Origin: Octopus sinensis
Lineage: Eukaryota
NCBI RefSeq assembly: GCF_006345805.1
Contig: NC_042999.1
Location: forward strand, 28,768,001 to 28,832,000
DNA: 64,000 bases
Direction: 5' to 3'
Made by a program: the position numbers and the translations under genes
The notes under the pieces: model-generated
What the model was told of the DNA's origin: nothing
The model's input: only the letters and a program-made list of their open reading frames with translations
Database searches by the model: none
In this document: positions 55,569 to 64,000 of the stretch, in pieces
Position numbering within the stretch: position 1 is the first letter of the stretch
How the letters are laid out: each line of letters opens with the position of its first letter

Positions 55569-55735
55569 CAGGAGTGGCTGTGTGGTAAGTAGTTTGCTTA
55601 CCAGCCACATGGTTCTGGGTTCAGACCCACTGCGTGGCATCTTGGGCAAGTGTCTTCTACTATAGCCTCAGGCCGACCAAAGCCTTCTGAGTGGATTTGG
55701 TAGACGGAAACTGAAAGAAGCCCGTCGTATATATG

Positions 55736-55787
<52 letters not shown>

Positions 55788-56000
55788 CTGTATGTTTGTG
55801 TGTCTGTGTTTGTACCCCTAGCATTGCTTGACAACCGATGCTGGTGTGTTTACGTCCCCGTCCCTTAGCGGTTCGGCAAAAGAGACCGAGAGAACAAGTA
55901 CTGGGCTTACAAAGAATAAGTCCCGGAGTCGATTTGCTCGACTAAAGGTGGTGCTCCAGCATGGCCGCAGTCAAATGACTGAAACAAGTAAAAAAGAGTA
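55569..56000 (+). mobile_element. tRNA-derived SINE family B
   Basis: Aligns end to end with 23926-24339. Confidence 0.92.
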
Positions 56001-56015
56001 GATATATTATATATA

Positions 56016-56058
<43 letters not shown>

Positions 56059-56707
56059 AAAGCAAATAAGTGACAATGATATCAAGTTATTAGTGCATTA
56101 CGGCCGTTTCAGGTGGTTCCATTTCATCGAACAATGCAACCATAACATCAATTTGAAACATAAGACTGTATAGGTTTTCAACATACAGGATATAGCATTA
56201 ATTTTTTTTAGCAAATATTTCCTCAGAACGAGAGAATAAAATAATTGCACCCTTTATGCTTGTGGCAGAATTGTAGCACAATAAACTTAGGGAAGAGAAT
56301 AACAATGGGGTTCATGAGATGGTAATACTGTTCCATTTAGCAACGTTCTTTTCACCATCAAAAAATCTAATGCAACTTGTATACAATGTCCACTAAGAAT
56401 TAAAAGAACATGACTGTTAAGTTCTAACTACTGATAAGAAATTAACTAAATTTCTTTGGCTATAAATTCCCAATGACTACAGAAAGAAACAAATCTCAGA
56501 AGAAGTCAGTAAGATAGTAGTATATGCCCAGAAAGAGGTGGGTAGGGGTGGCCTAAACTATTTTTTTATTATATGCTAAAGGGGCCGAAAATAGAAAACA
56601 AAGGACGCCACAATAAGATCTAAATGGACATTAAGAGTACAGGGGGAAAATATAACCAAATTTTATTAATATATATATATATATAATCATAATTATTATT
56701 ATTATTA

Positions 56708-56768
<61 letters not shown>

Positions 56769-57554
56769 CATTATTATTATTATTTGCATAACAAATCATA
56801 AAATTTTTAAAATTTAGAAAGGGATATAGACATCAAATAAGATAAAAAAGTATACATTAAACAATTTAATCCCTAAAAAATTCGAGTATTTTATATAGAA
56901 TAGAAGCATCATAGTACTTCATCGTAGGCAAATTTTTAAGGTGTTGATGATAAACTCATTCAGATATCATGGGAGAAAGCCAGGTATTAAATGGAAAATG
57001 AGGTAATTAATTCGATAACAGATAAATTTTGATGATTCTTGGTATTAATTTTATGTGACAAAATTTTTTATTTCGTATCCTATGTCAATTTTTTAAAAAC
57101 TTTTCTTACTCCGTTTAACATAGGTATAACCTTTGAGAATCATATTAGTATCTTATTTACATAGAGCTTCTAGATAACGACTTCCTTTAACACCCTGGCC
57201 CCTCCTTCTAATTGCACCCTCCAATCAATAACTTGTAGTATTCCTTAGTACGTTAATAGTTCATTCACTCATTTACGTTCTTTGAGCTCGGATGGTAAAT
57301 AATTATGTGCACTTAGCATATTGGGCTTTTAGACTATTTGTCTGAATCATGTTTTCTTAACTCTTTCCCTCTCCCTTTTGTTTATATTATATGCTCTTTT
57401 CACTCTGATGTATATCCGCTGCGTTAATTCGAATGATGAAGAATATACTTATATTTTGCAATTGGTCACAGATCGTTTCATCGCTTGAACGAATGTTTAG
57501 AATTTCAATTATGCATGAATGTTTAAATGCTCTATACATATCATGCTTCACACA

Positions 57555-57701
57555 TGAAGAAGAAGAAAAAGAAGAAGAAGAAGAAGAAGAAGGAGGAGGA
57601 GGAGAAGGAGAAAAAGAAGAAGAAGAAGAAGAAGAAGAAGAAGAAGAAGAAGAAGAAGAAGAAGAAGAAGAAGAAGAAGAAGAAGAAGAAGAAGAAGAAG
57701 A
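57555..57701. repeat. (GAA)n microsatellite
   Basis: Read directly. Confidence 0.95.
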
Positions 57702-57921
57702 ATGCAGCATGCATTCTATACCAGCTGCATATAGTGATAAAAATCGGAAGTTTTATAAAATTATTTCGAATGTCTATCAGATATTTTAATTCGAAATAAG
57801 AGTGTGTGTGTGTGTGTGTGCGTGTGTGTGCGTGTATGTGTACCTTGTGTGTATATCCGTTTATATATATTTGCGAATGTATATATCAAATATATATTCG
57901 ATATATATATACATATATATA

Positions 57922-57953
<32 letters not shown>

Positions 57954-57999
57954 TATAAATACAAAAATAGGTGTACATATATAATATATATATATACAT

Positions 58000-58035
<36 letters not shown>

Positions 58036-58153
58036 AAAAGCAATAAAGATTCAAGTTAATTTAAATGAATTTACTTGAATATGGTACCTAACTTAGATGC
58101 ACCAAAAGAAAACTATACTGTTTTAACAATACAGTAATGTGGGGTGATTATAA

Positions 58154-58226
58154 GCGAGAAAGAAGCAACAAGAATGGATAGGTTTTTGTACTAAAAACCT
58201 ATCCATTCTTGTTGCTTCTTTCTCGC
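58154..58226. repeat. Perfect 34-bp inverted repeat with 5-nt spacer, at the end of a pLTR-like remnant (about 58040-58226)
   Basis: gcgagaaagaagcaacaagaatggataggttttt-gtact-aaaaacctatccattcttgttgcttctttctcgc. Confidence 0.9.
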
Positions 58227-58293
<67 letters not shown>

Positions 58294-58927
58294 GTGTGTG
58301 TGTGTTTATGTATATGTATATATTGAAGCATGATTTATCAAAGTTATAAAGATGTATATTTCAACGAAAATTCCCTATGCTAAGACAATTATGATGATTT
58401 TTCCTTTCTTTTATACCTTATCATTACTAATTTTCGTTGCTTCTCCTATAATTAGAACAGAATAAATTGGCTAGCCAAAAGACTTTTAACCTTGTAAAGA
58501 ATTACGACAATGGAAAATTCACCGGACGGAACATATTTATTGGTCTTTGTAAAATATATATGTATTATATCAATGTTAAACAAACGGATGATTTCTAAGG
58601 CATCTGATGACATTACTTTAGTTTTGCCGGAAATACAATTATATTCTGTGAGATTTCTATTTGTATTAATATTCAGTTTTTATAATTATCAAGTGTTAAC
58701 GTAATGAGTTAGCAATGAAATCATAAAAAGTCATAAATAAAATCTATTGTTGTTGCAGACATATCTTATGCTTCGTATTACTTCAGAATTCTGAGAAAGA
58801 AATTTCGAGATTATGACAGGAAATGTTTGTTATAGGTTACGTTACACTTGGTAGCGTAGTCTCTAACAAACAACTGTGGCTATCATGATTTCTCTCAATC
58901 TATCTATCTACCTATCTATCTACATAA

Positions 58928-58985
<58 letters not shown>

Positions 58986-59009
58986 ATATATATATATATA
59001 TAGATATAT

Positions 59010-59078
<69 letters not shown>

Positions 59079-61665
59079 CTATATATATATACATGCAAAC
59101 ATACATAAATATAGGCATGCACACACACATATACATATGTATATGAAGAGAAATACACAATAGCTGATACCATGGGAACTTTGTATTGTCGACGTATTGT
59201 GGCGTGTGTTATATAAAATGTATAGAGGTAATCATGGCGTATCACCAGAAACATACACTAAACACTATTCATAGCATGCTTACTTTAAACGAAGCACATG
59301 CAGTTCGTCATATATTTTTGCAATTCCAATGTTTTTTTTTATTCCGTTTGTACGTATATTAAATTAGACGGAATTACTGCCGGTTTTTAATTGAGAATAA
59401 TTCGTTTTGAAAATTAGTAGTTCATAATCACATTTTGGATGATAGAGCCCTGTGCATGCCCGATTTTTTTTTTCAGCGATGAAGAGCTGTGTTCTTTTTC
59501 TTCGAAAGAAAATATATTTAGGGAAGCTGTTTTGCTAAAACAACAATTGAAACTTAGTGTCGTTCTCATTTGTATAATGCATCAATGTATTAGCTTTCCA
59601 GAAAGAATATTCTACATCCTCTTTTGATCTTTTAGAATAAATATTATACCCTCTCGCAGACGGCATTCAGTAGTCGATCAACTAGATCAACACACCTGAT
59701 GATTGATTAATCTAGATACAAGAATAATTGTGTATTGAATAGTGACACATATTTGTTAAAATTTTTGTTGTATAAGGTTTAGCAACAGGAGCCACAAGGG
59801 GCACAACAACAGTAGTATATGAATAAGGATTCGAAAATGTGTATCTGCCTTAATGGAGAGGAAAGCTAAGCATCAAATAACTATTTAGGATCCTATAAAT
59901 TGAAACATATTCCGACGATATATTAAGCATAGGTAATGTATGGAGAATAAAGTCGAAAACAAAAACCAATTTTATTTGGAACAAACGTATACAATTTTTT
60001 AAATGTTAGCTAGTATTATAACAACTTTTAAGGCCAATGTTACCTAGTTACCAAGGAAAAGGTATTCACACGTACGCTGTTCTTAGATATTATTAAATAA
60101 ATTTTACTTTCTTCATTTCTAAGGAAGGTGAAATACGAGCGTTTTTATTCTGTTCTCGTTTTATTGTTTCATGCTTGGTGAATGAAGAGGCGAAAGAAAC
60201 ATTATATCACATTTTATAATGGAAACACGTATTTCATTTACTTATGTTTCAATTAATTTTTCATGCACTGTAGACGACTACGGACATATTTAAGGTGACA
60301 TAGTAAGGTGATAAGTGAAGTATATTCTTTATCGTATACATTAAGGAATAAGTAAATATATTTCCAAGCAAGTACACTGCTTGATATTGTAAACTAAAAT
60401 TGTTTGGGTAATGAATATTTTAAGATCCCCATCTGCACAAGTATTTTTCGGTAAATTGAAGCTAATCGTATTTCAATCATGAACTGTTCGTTAAAATATT
60501 AAGTCTTGTATAAATGCATTCATGTCTCTATATTATATTATGCTCTTCCTTCTGTACTTCTATGTTTCAAATGTTTCTTAGAATATCAAATATATTAATT
60601 TAATAATGTAATGAATTACAATTTTATAAGCTGGATGATGAGAGTGAATAACAAATTTGCATATACGTGCGTATATATGCGCACATATACATACATATAT
60701 ATATACACATTTTTTGTGTAATAAGATAAAAATCCAAGGCTGTATAGATATTAGAGCATTTATAGATATGTCTTACATATGTTTCTAGGATATTAATTAA
60801 TAATATCCCTTCATCGGAGAGGGTGTGAGAGGAGAGTTAAGTCATAGTTAGTTTAGATGTGATACAAAATAGAGAGTGAGGAAAGAAAATAGATGCAAGA
60901 TATGTATGGGCATTGAAGATGTAAATCCGTTTCATAGGCACAATGGTATATTTGCTATATTCCAATATCCTTTCAGCAAAATCCAAAAGTCCAACATAAT
61001 TTAGTATGATTCCTTACAAATATAGAGTTTATAAGCAATGTAAGATTCCCCTATGATTGAGATCCAACAGATTTTTAAACTTGGTCATTCCCAGTAGGAA
61101 ATTTTTATACAGTGTTGCAGAGTCAAAGATTTGTATTTAAAATGACCTAGAAATAGAAAGTGTATTAGTCTGTTCCAATTGAAAACAGGAAGAGAGGAAT
61201 GGAAGAAAAAAAAGAGGAGGAGAAAAAGGAGGAGAAAAAGAAAAAATGAAAGAGAAAGGAGAGACAAGATTAGTAAAAATAACGAAATAATAAAAAATAA
61301 CGAATAAAATCAATGAAGATAGGAATAAAGGGAATAAAGTAAAAAAAGAAAAAAGAAAAATTAAGATATAGATCAATCAGTGGTCAGTGGAGATAATTTG
61401 AATGTAGGAGTGGGGATAGAGAGAGAAAGGTGTTATAGTGTAAACTCTAGAGGAAGGGGGAGTTCAGAGGTAAAGGAATGACCAATGTGTAGTAGTATAG
61501 TCTAATGTCGGGGCAAAGTTATGAAGAATTAACAACATAGCAGTTCCGTGCTTTGTAATCTGAGAAAATATATATGTGACGATGTATATACATGTATATA
61601 TCATATAAGTTACATATACAATCCTTATTCGCATGCGTATGCATTCATATGTAACATACGCATAT

Positions 61666-61740
<75 letters not shown>

Positions 61741-61798
61741 GTTTGTGTGTGTGTGTGTGTGTATTTGTATATATATTGTATCATATGAGTATCAGTAT

Positions 61799-61829
<31 letters not shown>

Positions 61830-63016
61830 AATATATATAAATATATAAATATACAAACACGTATGTGAGAGACAATATATATATATATATAAACAAACTG
61901 AAATGCAAGCATGCAACGAAAAATAGCACATGTGTGACATACTGAGATTTTATTATTATACTAATAGTATTTCTTTCAAAGGAATATAATTTATTGATAT
62001 ATATATCCATTGGAACAGAGGAAAAATGGGATGAATATCCTTTGCAATTTCTCTGCAAAAGGTTTAACATATTATATATGCTCAGTCTTGAATCGAATCC
62101 AAATATTCCCCACGTTCAACTCAAGCGAAGGTAAACCGCATATTTAAAATTCATATATGAAAAAGAGTAAATCTGCTTCCAAGAAGTAAACATGTTTCAC
62201 ATTAAGAAATAAAGTATACATGAAATAGCTTGGTCCACCATGGAGTTGCATCCACGATCCCAAGGTCAAAATACTCCCTGCTGGTTATATTTGAAGGACT
62301 CAATATGGATACTGTCACATAACCCAGTAAAAAATATTTAAGCAAGCAGTACAAGGCATTTTCGTCCTGCGTTCATAAACTTTTAAACATTTAAAATCTA
62401 CCTAAAATTAATCTAAAAAATTACTTTCAGTAAATAAATAATTACTTTCACCTATCATATTTTCTTCTGTATTTTATTCTATAGATTCAGAATTTATACC
62501 TCTCCCATAAGTCATATAACAATAACACACCTACTCCTTAGTTTATGCAATGTCTGTTCAATAGTAACCCTATTAAAAAGAATGGCATAAAAGAAGCGTT
62601 CACTTTTTGTGTTCATAAATGTACCAAGGCTTTAAGATTTGTCTACACGCCCAATGCTAGTAAGACAGCTACATATATATACTTATGTAATATTTTTACA
62701 TTAATAAGTAGTTCATTACCACACTTAATTAAATTAGTATACTTAATTTCACCATAAATTTTTATTATATATTTTTTTCTTTTGCTACAATTTACTTTCC
62801 TACATTAATTACTTTTCTATAGCCCATCTAGATTATGATTTATATAATACCTATTATAATTAAACAAAGACAAATATAAATTTATATACTTGCATTGACA
62901 GGTATCTTTTTTTACTGAAGATATTTTCTTGCTTAATTACAATTCTATCGTTTAATATCACTCTACCTCACTCACGTACGTTATAATTCATATCATAAGA
63001 ACCTAGCGCTAACATT

Positions 63017-63143
<127 letters not shown>

Positions 63144-63409
63144 AGAATTATTGTTGTTAAAACAGTAATAATGAGGCGGTTAGCAAGACATCTATCTTTA
63201 TAGGTATGATATTAAATTTTAACAGCAATAGGCGTTTTTTTTTAAACTTCATCAAATAAATATTTCCAGAATTTTATTGAACCCTGTGTTTTCGCACCCG
63301 GTTATTAAACCCCTAAGATGCCGCTCAATTGCCCTACAGCTTCTAAGACTTCTAGCAGGGAACCTAAGCACCAGAAAAATGTTTGACCCTCCATGAGAAT
63401 GCACAACAG

Positions 63410-64000
63410 CTGGATATCATCCGGGAAGGTAAAATTTATGCTGCAGTAGAGAGTGGCTTGTTCTGGAAGAACATGTCTTCCAGAACGTAATCCTGAAGGA
63501 TGAAGCCAGAGCCCCAGTATTTAAGGCACAGAAGAACAGAATGATGCTATATATGTGTGGCAAGGTTGCTGGCTTCATAATGGAACCTGAACTTATCGAC
63601 AAGTCCGTGAACCCGAGGGCCTTCAAAAGTAAGAATAAAAATCTGATGCCTGTCCACTGGATGCACAAGGTTTGGATTACTACAAGTCTAACTTTGAATT
63701 GGTTCCACCAATACTTCATCTCTCAAACCAAGGAATACTTCCGAAATGTTTGCATAGAATCCAAGGTGTTGTTTGTTGTGGCTAGTGCTGGTAGTCAATC
63801 GTTTGATTTGAATAACGAGGGAGTTCGTGTCGAGTCCTCCCTGCCAAAATCACCTCCCTCGTCCAGCCTATGGATCAAAGCGTGATTCGTGCCCTCAAGG
63901 CACAGTACACACGGATCTATCTCCAACACCTTCTGATTGCAATGGATTCGGACGAGAATTTAAAGTTAAAGGAGTACTGTCGTAATTTTCCACTCTTCCC
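63410..64000 (+). mobile_element. Tigger/pogo-like (DDE_1, CENP-B-related) transposase relic, running off the window end
   Basis: ESGLFWKNM..RT..KDEARAP.FKAQK, MCGKVAGF..P..I.KS.NPRAFK..NKNLMPVHW, NWFHQYFI, then QPMDQSVIRALKAQYTR after a frameshift. Confidence 0.85.

Overview
Very AT-rich, microsatellite-dense animal DNA made almost entirely of transposable-element debris. The SINE families and repeat density suggest a cephalopod (Octopus-like) genome; this is my inference from memory, not a database result. I found no convincing host protein-coding gene, tRNA, rRNA or CRISPR array. Main contents: (i) a nearly full-length but mutated CR1-group LINE (about 45.3-49.7 kb, minus) whose ORF1 combines a Myb/SANT(trihelix)-like N-terminus with four CCCH zinc fingers; (ii) a 5'-truncated Penelope-like element (GIY-YIG, Naiad/Neptune-like) with a perfect 71-bp inverted head and a long tandem-repeat 3' region; (iii) several other Penelope-type pLTR remnants. 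Two of these carry complete minimal type I hammerhead ribozyme motifs (15841-15883 and 35255-35327) and two carry degenerate ones (41374-41411 and 51301-51387); (iv) an R4/Dong-like RLE retrotransposon fragment sitting in (TAA)n; (v) several mariner relics, a Tigger/pogo relic, an RTE fragment and a possible Mutator-like relic; (vi) two tRNA-derived SINE families, one of them in a head-to-tail array. Most short ORFs in the supplied track are microsatellite translation artefacts.
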